The notes: generated from the sequence alone by a model not told the origin. DNA of 64,000 bases from a bacterium (GCA_965207065.1 OZ242260.1:4384001-4448000); one strand, 5' to 3'. Positions 48,499 to 59,313 are shown, counted from the stretch's first letter. Program-made: numbers and translations.

Positions 48499-49680
48499 AT
48501 GCCGAAAAGAAGCGGGAGCAGGCTCACGAAGCGCGCCGTCGACGCGCTCTGTGTCGAGGGGAAGGACGCGGTCTTCTGGGACAGGGAACTGGCCGGTTTC
48601 GGGGTGCGCGTCTACCCCACGGGGCGGAAGGTCTACGTGGTGCAATCGAGGGGGCCGCGCGGGCCGAAGCGCAAGGCGCTGGGCCGTCACGGGGATATAT
48701 CGTGCGACGAGGCGCGCAAGCTTGCCGCCGCCCTCATCGACCGCATCAAGCGGGGGGAGAACCCCGCACCCGGTGCGAAACTCACCGTGGCGGGGCTGGC
48801 GGAACGCTTCATGCGCGTCCACGTGTCGGCGCACTGCAAACCGCTCACCGCCGTTTCCTACGGCAGCACGCTGGAGAAGCACGTCCTGCCGTCATTTGGC
48901 GAGATGGGGGTCGGCGAGGTCACGGGAGGCGACGTCATGGCCATGCACCACCGCATGCGTGAGACGCCCAAGGCGGCCGACATAGCGGTCGACGTGCTCT
49001 CGAGAATGTATGTGCTGGCCGAGGCGTGGGAACTCATACCGCCCGGGAGCAATCCTTGCTCGGCAGTGCGCCGCTACCGGAGGCGCCCCCGCGAGCGGTT
49101 CCTGACGCCCGAGGAGTTCCGCCGCCTGGGCCGCGCGCTGCGCGAAGCGGAGGCGGAGGGCTCGGCCCGGCCGTCCACGATTGCGGCGCTCCGCCTCGTG
49201 ATGCTGACCGGGTGCAGGAAGTGCGAGATTCTGGAACTCAACTGGGACGACGTGGATCTCACGGCGGGGGAGCTCAGGCTCAGGGACGCGAAGTCGGGGC
49301 CGCGCATGGTCCACCTGACGGCGCCCGCGCTCGTGGTGCTCGGTCAAGTCCCGCGCACGCCGGGGGAGGCCCGCGTGTTCCCCGGGCGGGAAGGGAGGAG
49401 CCACAAGCCCTACTTCGACCTGGTCTGGCGGCGGGTGCGGGCTCGCGCGGGACTCGAAGACGTAAGGGTCCACGACCTGAGACACTCCTACGCCAGCCGG
49501 GCGCTCGCGCTGGGCGAGGGGCTGCCCATGATAGCGAAGCTGCTCGGACACGCGGGGATATCGACGACGGCGCGCTACGCGCACCTGATGCGCGAGGCGG
49601 AGAAGACGGCGGCCGCCCGGGTTGGGGAGAGTATCGGGGTCCATCTGGAGCCTCGGGCCACGGAAGCCCGGGCGGAATAA
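48499..49680 (+). CDS. Tyrosine recombinase/integrase with N-terminal arm-binding domain, copy 1
   Basis: WDRELAGFGVRV arm domain; TGCR, HDLRH, LLGH and TTARYAH catalytic motifs. Confidence 0.92.
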   Translation: MPKRSGSRLTKRAVDALCVEGKDAVFWDRELAGFGVRVYPTGRKVYVVQSRGPRGPKRKALGRHGDISCDEARKLAAALIDRIKRGENPAPGAKLTVAGLAERFMRVHVSAHCKPLTAVSYGSTLEKHVLPSFGEMGVGEVTGGDVMAMHHRMRETPKAADIAVDVLSRMYVLAEAWELIPPGSNPCSAVRRYRRRPRERFLTPEEFRRLGRALREAEAEGSARPSTIAALRLVMLTGCRKCEILELNWDDVDLTAGELRLRDAKSGPRMVHLTAPALVVLGQVPRTPGEARVFPGREGRSHKPYFDLVWRRVRARAGLEDVRVHDLRHSYASRALALGEGLPMIAKLLGHAGISTTARYAHLMREAEKTAAARVGESIGVHLEPRATEARAE

Positions 49681-49696
49681 CGGGGAGGCGCCGGAG

Positions 49697-50902
49697 ATGG
49701 CGAAGCTGCAGGGCGGGACGCTCTCGAACCGCATGGTGGAGAAGCTTGCCGCCGAAAAAGACTCGGTTTTCTGGGATCGCGACCTCACGGGCTTCGGCGT
49801 GCGTGTCTACCCCACGGGGAGCAAGGTCTACGTCGCCCAGGTCCGGGGGCCGAAGGGTCCCAGGCGCGTGACGGTGGGCCGGCACGGTGTGATCAACGCG
49901 GATGAGGCGAGGAAGCGCGCGGCCTCGGTCATCGCGCGGGTGAAGGCGGGCGAGGAAGTAGCGTCCGGACCGGCGAAGCCCGCGGGAGGCCCCACGGTGG
50001 CCGATCTCGCGCGGCGCTACATGGAAGAGCACGTGGCGGTCCGGTGCAAGCCGAGCACCGGGGACCTCGCCCGCGCGGTGGTATGCAAGCACATCCTGCC
50101 GGCCCTGGGCAGGGCGCCGCTTGCGGCGCTCGAGCGCGCGCAGGTGGCGGAGTTGCACCAGCGGCTGGGCAGGACGCCCTACATGGCGAACATGGTGGTC
50201 CGCACCCTGAAGCTGATGTACAGGCTGGGCGAGGGCTGGGGCATGGTCCCCAAGGGATGCAACCCGTGCCGCGCCATCGTGAAGTATCCCGACCGCAAGC
50301 GCGAACGCTTCCTGACCGATAAGGAGTACACCCGCCTGGGGCGCGTCCTGGAGGAGGCCCGAAACAGGCGCGGTTCGGCGGGAGCGGTGGCGGCCATCCG
50401 CCTTTTGATGCTGACCGGGTGCCGGAAGAATGAGATACTCTCGCTCCGCTGGGAGAACGTCTCGCTCGAGGCGCGTGAATTCAGGCTGCCCGGCGCCAAG
50501 ACGGGCGCGCGGGTGGTGTCCTTATCGCCGCCGGCGCTCAAGCTCCTCTCCGCCCTGCCCCGGGCGCCCGGGAGCCCGTGGGTGTTTCCCGCCAGGAACC
50601 CCGGCGAGCACGTCCGCTCCGTCCACCATGTCTGGAAGAGCGTCTGCTCGCGCGCCGGTATCGAGAACGTGCGGGTCCACGACCTCAGGCACTCCTACGC
50701 CTCGCGCGCCCTGGCCCTGGGCGAGAGTCTCACGATGATCGGAAAACTCCTGGGGCACAGCCAGATCAAGACCACGGCGCGCTACGCGCACCTCGCGCGC
50801 GAGTCGGTGCGCGAGTCCGCCGAGCGCGTCGCAACCAGTATTGCCGACGACGTATTGGAGGAGGACTGGAGGCGGGCTCTCGGTTCAGAACACGTCCCGT
50901 AG
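49697..50902 (+). CDS. Tyrosine recombinase/integrase, copy 2
   Basis: Same arm domain and catalytic motifs; GGAGG RBS. Confidence 0.92.
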   Translation: MAKLQGGTLSNRMVEKLAAEKDSVFWDRDLTGFGVRVYPTGSKVYVAQVRGPKGPRRVTVGRHGVINADEARKRAASVIARVKAGEEVASGPAKPAGGPTVADLARRYMEEHVAVRCKPSTGDLARAVVCKHILPALGRAPLAALERAQVAELHQRLGRTPYMANMVVRTLKLMYRLGEGWGMVPKGCNPCRAIVKYPDRKRERFLTDKEYTRLGRVLEEARNRRGSAGAVAAIRLLMLTGCRKNEILSLRWENVSLEAREFRLPGAKTGARVVSLSPPALKLLSALPRAPGSPWVFPARNPGEHVRSVHHVWKSVCSRAGIENVRVHDLRHSYASRALALGESLTMIGKLLGHSQIKTTARYAHLARESVRESAERVATSIADDVLEEDWRRALGSEHVP

Positions 50903-51042
50903 CGGCGCGAGCCGCGACAGGCCGTGTAGTCCGTGCGCCGGCGCAGGTCTCATCGTAACGGCGCGCAACCATATGCGCTTGCGCTTTATCCGGGCCTTGC
51001 TCTCTGCCGACGGCCGGCGACGAACAGTGCCCCGCGTCGGCG

Positions 51043-51369
51043 TCAATCGCTGGCGTCGTGCCCGGCGATGCCCGCGAGCTCGACCGGAGGGCGGTCGGGG
51101 AAGCGGGCGACGAGCGAGAGGCTTCCGCCCATCGCCTCGACCGTCCGGCGCAGCGTGGACAGCAGCAGGTCGCTGCGCTGCTCGAGCCGAGAAACCGCGT
51201 CCTGGCCGATGCCGAGCTCGCGCGCAACGCTCACCTGGGTTAGCCTGCGGGCCTCGCGCAACTCGCGCAGCGTCATCTCCTCGGCGATCAGTTCCGCCGC
51301 CCGCTCCTCGATCCTGCGCCGCCGCTCGGGGGCGAGACTTGCGATTACCTCTTCCACGTCGAGCGCCAT
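51043..51369 (-). CDS. XRE-HTH antitoxin, copy 1
   Basis: LRELREARRLTQVSVARELGIGQDAVSRLEQRSDLLLSTL. Confidence 0.85.
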   Translation of the reverse strand: MALDVEEVIASLAPERRRRIEERAAELIAEEMTLRELREARRLTQVSVARELGIGQDAVSRLEQRSDLLLSTLRRTVEAMGGSLSLVARFPDRPPVELAGIAGHDASD

Positions 51370-51686
51370 TACGATTCTCCTCTTCTTTCCTCGGCGAGCC
51401 GGGCGAGGTGCCGGTCGTATCGTTCGTCGGCCTTGCGGGTAAGCGCGCGGTAGAACCGCCGCCGGCTCCTGCCCGTCTTCTCGCCCGCAACCAGCACAAC
51501 GGCCTGACGTGCGGGATTGAACGCGAAGGCGACCCGCCATGCTCCGTCCACTGCGCTGAACCGCATCTCCTTCATGTTCGCATGCCGCGATCCGTGCAGC
51601 GTATCCACCTGCGGCCTTCCCAGTTGCGGCCCGAACTGCTCGAGCAAGCGACCGATTGCGTAGACCTCATCCTGAACCTGGCCGGG
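51369..51686 (-). pseudogene. RelE/ParE-like toxin, copy 1, native N-terminus replaced
   Basis: GPQLGRPQVDTLHGSRHANMKEMRF; similarity to copy 2 stops near 51686, so the MKWQVAFH start is missing. Confidence 0.6.
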
Positions 51687-51983
51687 CGGGAAGGAGGCGA
51701 CGACAGGCGTCCGGGAGAAGCGGCACTTTCCTTCGCGGTCAGGGCCGACAACCGCCATCGTCCATCCCTTCCAAGGAAGCACGCGATCCGGCGCAGGAGG
51801 CGGACGACTGCTCGGAGATGCGGCGAAAAAATATTTTCCGCGGCGCGTCACACCCGGCACGGAACGCCGCAGGACCCGGGCGGTCGTTCATCACGCACGT
51901 CTCTTAAATCGCGCCTCGCACCGACGAGGTGCCGGGCCGGGAAGGGATCCGTCCTTCCCGATCGTGGCTCACTTCGCCCGCCC

Positions 51984-53012
51984 TCACGCCTTCCCGGAAT
52001 GATCCGCCAGTCCGCGCAGCAGGGTTTTCCAGGAGACGGCGCCGACGACGGCTCCTGCCTCGTCCACCACCCGCAGCGGCGCATCGCTATCGATACACTT
52101 GAGCAGCATGTCCTGAAGCACGGTGTCGCGCGATACGGTTGGCCCGTTCGCGTCGCCTTTCGGCGGCGTCATGATGGAGGCCGCCGTCACCACGCGGCCC
52201 CGCTTCACGTCGCGCACGAACTCGCGCACGTATTCGGTGGCCGGGTTGAGCAGAATCTCCTCCGGCCCTCCTATCTGGTCGATCACGCCGTCCTTCAGGA
52301 TGGCGACGTCATCGCCCAGCTTGAGCGCTTCGTCCAGATCATGAGTGATGAAGACGATGGTCTTCTTGAGGTCGCGCTGGAGCGCGATGAGGTGTTCCTG
52401 CATCTGCTTGCGGATCAGCGGATCCAGGGCGCTGAATGGCTCGTCCATGAGGAGAATCTCGGGGTCCGTGCACAGCGCGCGCGACAGACCCACGCGCTGC
52501 TGCATGCCGCCCGATAGCTGGGCCGGGTAGGCGTTTTCATAGCCGATGAGGCCCACGTCCTCTATCCACCGCATCGCGCGCCGGCGCCGCTCGGCAGGTT
52601 CCACCCCCTGGACTTCCAGGCCGTAGCCCACGTTCTCAATGACCGTCAAGTGCGGAAAGAGCGCGAAACGCTGAAAGACCATGCTCACGGCGCCCCGCCG
52701 GAAGGCGAGCAACTCCTCGGTCGAGAATTCGAGAACGTCCCGCCCGTCGACGAGTATCTGGCCCGTCGTCGGGTCGATCAGCCGGTTGATGTGGCGGATC
52801 AGGGTAGATTTTCCCGAACCCGAAAGGCCCATGACCACGAATATCTCGCCGCGCTCGACGGAGAGGCTCACGTCCTTTAAGCCCAGGGTGCAGCCGGTCT
52901 CGACCAGCACGTCGTTCTTCTCGACTCCCGTTTGGGCCATTTCGAGCGCCGTGTCCAGCGCGCGTCCCGTTCCGAATATCTTGTAGACGTTTCGCACCTC
53001 GATCAGCGCCAT
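51984..53012 (-). CDS. proV: Glycine betaine/proline ABC ATP-binding protein
   Basis: MGLSGSGKST, LSGGMQQRVGL, DEPFSALDPLIR. Confidence 0.9.
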   Translation of the reverse strand: MALIEVRNVYKIFGTGRALDTALEMAQTGVEKNDVLVETGCTLGLKDVSLSVERGEIFVVMGLSGSGKSTLIRHINRLIDPTTGQILVDGRDVLEFSTEELLAFRRGAVSMVFQRFALFPHLTVIENVGYGLEVQGVEPAERRRRAMRWIEDVGLIGYENAYPAQLSGGMQQRVGLSRALCTDPEILLMDEPFSALDPLIRKQMQEHLIALQRDLKKTIVFITHDLDEALKLGDDVAILKDGVIDQIGGPEEILLNPATEYVREFVRDVKRGRVVTAASIMTPPKGDANGPTVSRDTVLQDMLLKCIDSDAPLRVVDEAGAVVGAVSWKTLLRGLADHSGKA

Positions 53013-53016
53013 CGGC

Positions 53017-53925
53017 TCAGCCCCTCCCGTCCATGCGGATGAAGCGCCCGCCGTAGGCCTGTGTGACGCGGTCCATGACGATGGCGAGCAGCACGATGGC
53101 CACGCCGGCCTCGAGCGCGCGGCCGACGTTGAGCTGCTGGAGGCCGATGAGCACCTCGGTGCCAAGCCCCCGCGTTCCGATCATTGAGGCGATCACCACC
53201 ATCGCGAGCGCCATCATCGTCGTCTGGTTGACCCCCTGCATGATGTTGGGCAGCGCCATCGGTATCTGCACGCGAAGGAGCTTCTGCCTCTTGCTCGCGC
53301 CCATGGCGTCGGAAGCTTCGACGATGTCCTCATCCACCAGGCGGATGCCCAGGTCGGTCAGGCGTATCACCGGCGGGATGGCGTAGATCACCGTGGCGAA
53401 GACGGCGGGCACCGCGCCCAGGCCGAAGAGCATGATCGCCGGAATGAGATAGACGAAGCTCGGCATGGTCTGCATCAGGTCGAGTGCGGGCAGCACCATG
53501 TCGCGCATCCGGTCGTTTCTCGATATCGCGATGCCGACCGGAACGCCAACTCCGATGCAGATGAGGGTGGAGACAAGCATCACCGAAAGGGTCATCATCG
53601 ACAAGTCCCAGAGCCTGGGATCGGTGAGACCGATGAAGAACATGCAGGCGGCCACGAGCGCGGTCAGGCCCCATTTGCGCCCGCTGGAGAAGAAGGTGAG
53701 CGCGCCCACGCCGAGGAACACGACAACCCACGGGAGGTCGCGCAGGAAGCGCTCCAGGCCCACCAGCACCACGAGTATGGCGTCCGAGGCGGTCTCGAAG
53801 ATGACCCCGTACTCGGTGACCAGCCACTCCACGAAATCGTTGGTCCACTTGTTGAGCGGCAGGTTGAGATTCTTTGGCCACTCGACCGCCCACTCCGGGA
53901 ACAGTCCGCGGATTAAGTTCATCAT
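53017..53925 (-). CDS. proW: Glycine betaine/proline ABC permease
   Basis: LDLMQTMPSFVYLIP, IRLTDLGIR, GVNQTTMMAL. Confidence 0.9.
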   Translation of the reverse strand: MMNLIRGLFPEWAVEWPKNLNLPLNKWTNDFVEWLVTEYGVIFETASDAILVVLVGLERFLRDLPWVVVFLGVGALTFFSSGRKWGLTALVAACMFFIGLTDPRLWDLSMMTLSVMLVSTLICIGVGVPVGIAISRNDRMRDMVLPALDLMQTMPSFVYLIPAIMLFGLGAVPAVFATVIYAIPPVIRLTDLGIRLVDEDIVEASDAMGASKRQKLLRVQIPMALPNIMQGVNQTTMMALAMVVIASMIGTRGLGTEVLIGLQQLNVGRALEAGVAIVLLAIVMDRVTQAYGGRFIRMDGRG

Positions 53926-53986
53926 GGGCGGACCTCCCCGGGATTTAACGCTGCTTCACGAGTGAAAAGCATCGCGCGGGCGCGGC

Positions 53987-55024
53987 TTACGCAGATTTGA
54001 GCGCCTCCTCGATCTTTTTCGCGACGTCGGCCGGAACCCACTTCTTCCAGACCTTGTTGGTCTTCAGGAAATGGATAGCGGTGGTTTTGGCGTCGCCGCC
54101 GGCCTTGGTCTCGAGATAGGCCAGCATCTTTGAGACCTCTTTCGACGGGAGCGTGTATTTCTCGATGAAGGCGACGATCTCGGGATGCTTGGCCGCGAAC
54201 TTTGTCGTGACCGATTTCGGCAGTTCCGCCGTCCGGTAGGCTGTCGCTTTCTTCGGGTTCCCCAAAGCCTCCATTCCGCCCTTCTTGAGCGCGTCCATGT
54301 GTTTCACTACAACGTTCCAGTCGGCCTCGTTCCATGCAGGCTCTTCGAGCTGGACGAGATCGAGTTGTCCCAGGAGCGGCGTCGGCGCCCAGTAATAGGC
54401 GAGTACGGGTTTTTTCTTGAGATACGCGCCCTTGATGGCCGCCGCGAGCGCGCCGCCCGAGCCGGGCCGGAAATTGGTGAAGTGTTTTTCCAGCCCGTAG
54501 GCGCGCAGCTTCACCGTGTTGATGACCTCGCAGGACCAGCCTGGGATGCAGTTCACGAACCGGCCTTTGGAGGGTTCTTCGGGGTCCTTGAAGAGATGCT
54601 TGTATTTGGGCAGGTCGAAGACCGACTTGAGACCCGGATTCGCCTTCTGGACGAAGCGCGGGATGAACCAGCCCTGTATGCTGTCGGGCGTGTTGACCCC
54701 TACTTGTTTGACCTTGCCGCTCTTCATGGCGGGGTCATACTGCGCCTTCACGTTGTCGTACCAAAGCTCCATGACAATGTCGTTCTTGCCCTCGTAGTGG
54801 GCCGTCATGATCGGCAGCGTGCCGCCGTAGATGAGCCGCACCCGGCAGCCGTAGCCGTGCTCCAGGATGAACGCGGTCACCTGATCGTGAAAGTTGGCGC
54901 TGTCCCAGTTCAGGTCGCCGATGCGGACACTGCAGGCGGCATCGGCCTTGCCGGGGAGGGATACGAGCGCTGACGCCCCGATAGCGAGAGTCAAAACGAA
55001 GATAAGCAATACTCTGGATTTCAT
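53987..55024 (-). CDS. proX: Glycine betaine/proline ABC substrate-binding protein
   Basis: Signal peptide; LNWDSA, CIPGWSC, YYWAPT. Confidence 0.85.
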   Translation of the reverse strand: MKSRVLLIFVLTLAIGASALVSLPGKADAACSVRIGDLNWDSANFHDQVTAFILEHGYGCRVRLIYGGTLPIMTAHYEGKNDIVMELWYDNVKAQYDPAMKSGKVKQVGVNTPDSIQGWFIPRFVQKANPGLKSVFDLPKYKHLFKDPEEPSKGRFVNCIPGWSCEVINTVKLRAYGLEKHFTNFRPGSGGALAAAIKGAYLKKKPVLAYYWAPTPLLGQLDLVQLEEPAWNEADWNVVVKHMDALKKGGMEALGNPKKATAYRTAELPKSVTTKFAAKHPEIVAFIEKYTLPSKEVSKMLAYLETKAGGDAKTTAIHFLKTNKVWKKWVPADVAKKIEEALKSA

Positions 55025-55393
55025 GGTTGGCCCCCTGTTCTCGTTGTGTAAGCCGGTCGATTCGAAGAAAAAATGGAGCCTTCGCGCAAGAGAAAGTCCA
55101 ACCCCTCTCCCAAGGCCCCTGCGAGTTCGCTGCGGACTGAACATGCGGCGACTCTCAAGCCGCCGTGTCTGGTTTTTGTGCCGCATGAAATTCCAGGGCG
55201 AACCGACGGGAAATCGCAAACCCAAATCCCTCCCGGACATTCGCGGGCGCGTTCCTCACCATGACGGGAGATGCGTGGATTCACCGAAAGCAACTCTCCC
55301 GGACGGGAGACGACCACGCTGCCGTCGCACGCAGTGATGATAGCAAGCAACCGGGGATGCCGGTAGCGGCAGCCCACAAGCCATATAAAAAAA

Positions 55394-56710
55394 CTAGAAG
55401 CTGTACTGCAGCCCCAACTGCAGGCGCGCCGCGTCACCCTCTCTGCCGTCGTTCGTCTCGCGTCGGCCATGGATGAATTCCACGCCTACCCTCGTCTTGG
55501 GCGCAGGTGACCACCAGACGTTGGCGTGCACCGTCTGGAGCGATTGGCTGAGGTCCGGGAACGCCGCCCTGGCCGGGTCCTCATAATCGTTCTCCACCCA
55601 GCCGTAATATAAACTCGAACTCACCGAACCGCTCCAGTTGTGCGTGATGCCCACGAACCCGCCCGTCGAATCCAGCGCCTCCAGTTCGTTATTCGCACCC
55701 AGGACGGCGGCGGCGGGTACTCCGAGCATGTAGTTCCCCAAACCGCCCTGGCCCACGTTGAACGTGCCCCACAGGCGGGTGTCCCTGCCCAGACCGACGT
55801 TTGCGCCGAGGTGAAGTGCGGAGATGGTCAGGCTCTCCTCAACCGCCCCTTCTTCGTAGAGTACCTGTCCGATGAGGCCCGATACGTTAACGGCGCCCCA
55901 GGCCGTCTTCAGGCGCAGGGCCGCAAGCAGGTTCGGCATCCGGTCCTCGGACGAGGCATTGCCGCCTGCTTTCAGAATGGTCGGGCTGCCGGGGTCATCG
56001 AGCGCAACCTGGGCGGTGAGGTTCTTTCCCATGGCCTGGGTGTAGCGCAACTGGGCCAGGCGGCTCGTAACGACGCCGACAGGACCTTCGAAGTCCACCG
56101 TGTCGGCATAGGTATTCTCGTCCTGCAGGATCGTCCAGGTCTGGCCGGCGAGCACCCCGCCCAAAGTGGCGTAGGCGTGGCGAAGTCTCAAAGGTGCGCC
56201 GGAATTGTAATAAAAATCTGTTTCGATCCTGGTCTTGAGCCCGCCCATCTTCGTCGGCGTCAGGCTGTCGAAGCGAAGGCGCGTCTGCCGGGCGTGCAGG
56301 GAGGTTTTTTGTCGTCTGGCATCGCCATCCAGAGGAATGCCGCTCGCACCGCCCCCGTAATCATAGCCGAAAAAGGAATCGCCCAGATCCTTGTCGAAAT
56401 CATAGATCGCATCGAGCTTCACGTAGCCGCTGAACGAAACGGAAGTGTTCGACCCCGGCATCTTCCACGAACCCGGAAAATCGCCCGTGGCCACGGCTTT
56501 TTTCCGGACGGCCTCCTGTGCGGTCTTCATATCGGCCTTCATCTTCTTCTCTCGGGCTTCCAGGGCTTCGAGCCGTTCCATGAGCGCCTTGATCTGCGTC
56601 TTGAGGTCGTCCATCTCTCCACCGGCGGCAGGCGCGGCGAACAACGCCAAAGCCATGACGAACCCAAGTACCCCTGTTCCCAGTCGGTATTTCCGCTCTC
56701 TGTTCATCAT
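55394..56710 (-). CDS. DcaP-family outer membrane porin with N-terminal coiled coil
   Basis: GYVKLDAIYD, HARQTRL, IETDF, LRLRHAY, LAGQTW, C-terminal YSF. Confidence 0.82.
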   Translation of the reverse strand: MMNRERKYRLGTGVLGFVMALALFAAPAAGGEMDDLKTQIKALMERLEALEAREKKMKADMKTAQEAVRKKAVATGDFPGSWKMPGSNTSVSFSGYVKLDAIYDFDKDLGDSFFGYDYGGGASGIPLDGDARRQKTSLHARQTRLRFDSLTPTKMGGLKTRIETDFYYNSGAPLRLRHAYATLGGVLAGQTWTILQDENTYADTVDFEGPVGVVTSRLAQLRYTQAMGKNLTAQVALDDPGSPTILKAGGNASSEDRMPNLLAALRLKTAWGAVNVSGLIGQVLYEEGAVEESLTISALHLGANVGLGRDTRLWGTFNVGQGGLGNYMLGVPAAAVLGANNELEALDSTGGFVGITHNWSGSVSSSLYYGWVENDYEDPARAAFPDLSQSLQTVHANVWWSPAPKTRVGVEFIHGRRETNDGREGDAARLQLGLQYSF

Positions 56711-57023
56711 TATCTTCTCCCGGAAAGTTAGGCAGGGCGTGTAAGCGATACGTGGATGCCTGTGCCTTAAGTCAACAGAATATGCACATATTATATGCCC
56801 AAGATCGCTTTGTCTCGCACGTCAAACAACTTTGCGAACGGTTCGTGAACCCAGGGGGTTTTCCCTCGCTTTCCTGGTGGAAGGTTCTCCCCCACGGCCC
56901 GTAATCTCTTGTGTGATGCCGGTATTGCGCTCGCACACGGATCCATGGATACAACCTGCACCCCGAAACCCCCTGACAAGGCGGAGGGATGCGAAGCTTT
57001 TTCTCTCGACCCGGGGAGCCCCG

Positions 57024-58205
57024 TCAAGTCTTTCGGTATCCGTCGAATCGTTCCAGCAGTTCCCCCAGCGCGCTCAACGGGATCGCCTCCCCGTCCCGGC
57101 GGGATTGCCGCACCGCTCCTCCATAGACGACGGCCCGGCCTGTGATCCGGGGCAGCGCCTTCTCCACCCGGCGAAAAGCATCGAACCACCCCGAAGCGAG
57201 CGTCGCGCCCGACTTTATCTCGATGGCGCCCACTCCGTCGCCGTTCTCGTAGAGAAGGTCGCACTCGAGCCCCCGGACGTCGCGGAAAAAAGACAGGTTC
57301 GAGCGGCGGCCACGGTTGAAGCGGTGCTTGAGTACCTCCGCCACGACGGCGTTCTCGAACAGCGCCCCTCGAAGTGGATGGGTGCCCAGTTGTCCGGCGT
57401 GTTCGACCCCGATGAGGTGGCTCGCCAGTCCGACGTCGTGGAAGTAGAGCTTGGGCGATTTCACCAGCCGCTTGCGGACATTCGCGAAAAATGGCGGAAG
57501 CAGGAACACGATATAGCTCGCCTCCAGGATCGTCAGCCAGTGGCGCGCCGTCGTGTGGGAGACGCCGGCATCAGCGCCCAGTGTCGAGAGATTGACAAGC
57601 CCCCCCACGCGCCCGGCGCACAGGCGGACGAACCGGCGGAAGCTCGAGAGGTTGCGAATCTCGCCGATTCGGCGCACGTCTCGCTCCACGTAGGTTTCGA
57701 AATAATCGCCGAGCGCCTGGCGGGGTTCGAGGCCCTGGTCGTGAATCCGGGGATAGAAACCCGAGTAGAGGATATCGTCGACCTCTCCGCCCACGTCCGC
57801 ACGGCTCCTTTCCGCGAGCGAGAACGGCAGGAGGCGGAGCAGAGCCGTTCGACCGGCTAGAGACTGGCCGACGGCGCCCGTGAGTTGGAACTGCCCACTG
57901 CCCGTCAATACGAACAGACCGTTCCTCCCCGCCTCGTCGGCCAGCACCTGGAGATAGGACAGGAGCGCGGGGACGCGCTGGACCTCGTCCAGGACGGCGC
58001 CATCGCCCAGACGGGCCAGAAACCCCCTGGGGTCGGTCTCGGCGAATTCACGCTCATCCGGAGCCTCGAGATTGACGTATGCAAGGTGCGGAAATGCCGC
58101 GCGGCAAAGCGTGGTCTTGCCGGACTGCCTTGGTCCCGTTACCGTGACGAACGGGTATTGTTCAAACAATTCCTTCAGGCAGGCAGTGATCTCGCGCTCG
58201 ATCAT
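57024..58205 (-). CDS. AAA+ ATPase with DUF4143-type C-terminal domain
   Basis: GPRQSGKTT, LDEVQR, LTGS, KSPKLYFHDVG, ECDLL..IEIK. Confidence 0.88.
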   Translation of the reverse strand: MIEREITACLKELFEQYPFVTVTGPRQSGKTTLCRAAFPHLAYVNLEAPDEREFAETDPRGFLARLGDGAVLDEVQRVPALLSYLQVLADEAGRNGLFVLTGSGQFQLTGAVGQSLAGRTALLRLLPFSLAERSRADVGGEVDDILYSGFYPRIHDQGLEPRQALGDYFETYVERDVRRIGEIRNLSSFRRFVRLCAGRVGGLVNLSTLGADAGVSHTTARHWLTILEASYIVFLLPPFFANVRKRLVKSPKLYFHDVGLASHLIGVEHAGQLGTHPLRGALFENAVVAEVLKHRFNRGRRSNLSFFRDVRGLECDLLYENGDGVGAIEIKSGATLASGWFDAFRRVEKALPRITGRAVVYGGAVRQSRRDGEAIPLSALGELLERFDGYRKT

Positions 58206-58526
58206 ACGAACAGGATATCAAGCAGGTGTATTATTGCAAGTTGTACTTTCAGAATTGCAATTCAGCGTACGCCCTCAACGTCTGACGAGCAGGCATCGGG
58301 TGATACCGACCGAGATCACGAAAGGAAGGCTCTGAAATCTTCACGAATCAGTTCGTCGACCCACTGCTCAATCCGCAGCATAGCTTCAGGTTATGTAGCC
58401 GGCGCGGGCGTTGTTCACCAAGACTTCTCGCGCCCACTCGATCCCCGGAGAATCGACGCCGGCTCTCATATCCGCATGATGCGCGACCGGGGTCCGTAAA
58501 ACCATCCACTCCCGCGCTTCCGCAGG

Positions 58527-58832
58527 CTATGCGGGGTGATAACGCTTCACGTTTATCTCGCCCGCCCGCACCCGCATGCGCGAGGCGTCGCACCAGGCCT
58601 GCATCCGCAACAACATGTCCATTCTTACGCCGAAAGCCTGCTCGATACGCAGCGCCATCTCCGGCGACAGCGACGCGTTGCCGTTCAGCAGGGCCGAAAG
58701 CGTCGCCCGGCGAACGCCGAGAATCTCAGCGCTCCTCGTCACGCTCAAGCCCAGTGTTTCGAGCACCTCCGTGCGTATGAACCTCCCGGGATGCGACGGG
58801 GTCATGCGCACCTCGATACCGTCTCTCGCCAT
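58527..58832 (-). CDS. higA: HigA family antitoxin
   Basis: PSHPG..I, LSPEMALRI, LLRMQ. Confidence 0.88.
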   Translation of the reverse strand: MARDGIEVRMTPSHPGRFIRTEVLETLGLSVTRSAEILGVRRATLSALLNGNASLSPEMALRIEQAFGVRMDMLLRMQAWCDASRMRVRAGEINVKRYHPA

Positions 58833-59122
58833 CAGTGGTAATCCTCCAGATTGAGATGGTCCATGCGGCCGTCTTCTTCGGAAAAGGTGATTCGCCAGTT
58901 GCCGGACACCGCAACGCTCCACACGCCCCGACGCGCTCCCCCAAGCCGGTGGATGCGCCAGCCGGGAGGCGCTTCGGCGATGAAACCCTCCATGTCTTCG
59001 GCAAGAATCAGCGCCGTCATGATGTTTCGCGCCCTGTCCACCAAGTCCTGACGCAGGAATCGAGAAGAATCATTTTCAAGCAGGCGACGCAGTCCCCGAT
59101 GACGAACAGAGCGAATGATCAT
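58832..59122 (-). CDS. higB: HigB (plasmid-killer/RelE-like) toxin
   Basis: IRSVRHRGL, PPGWRIHRL, WSVAVSGNWRITF, LEDYH; toxin-first order overlapping higA. Confidence 0.88.
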   Translation of the reverse strand: MIIRSVRHRGLRRLLENDSSRFLRQDLVDRARNIMTALILAEDMEGFIAEAPPGWRIHRLGGARRGVWSVAVSGNWRITFSEEDGRMDHLNLEDYH

Positions 59123-59313
59123 GTATCCATATGTACGGCAACGCCGTTCGGATTGCAACCGGGATGCCCGGTTTCCGCATCTTCCCCTTCCTCCCGAATG
59201 AAGGCGCCTGAACTCCAGACGCCGCCCCGCTCGGGAGCGGCCACCGCCATCGTCCGGACCTTGCCGGGAAGCGATGAGGGAGCATCGGCGCCCTCCGACC
59301 GGGGAATCGCTCT

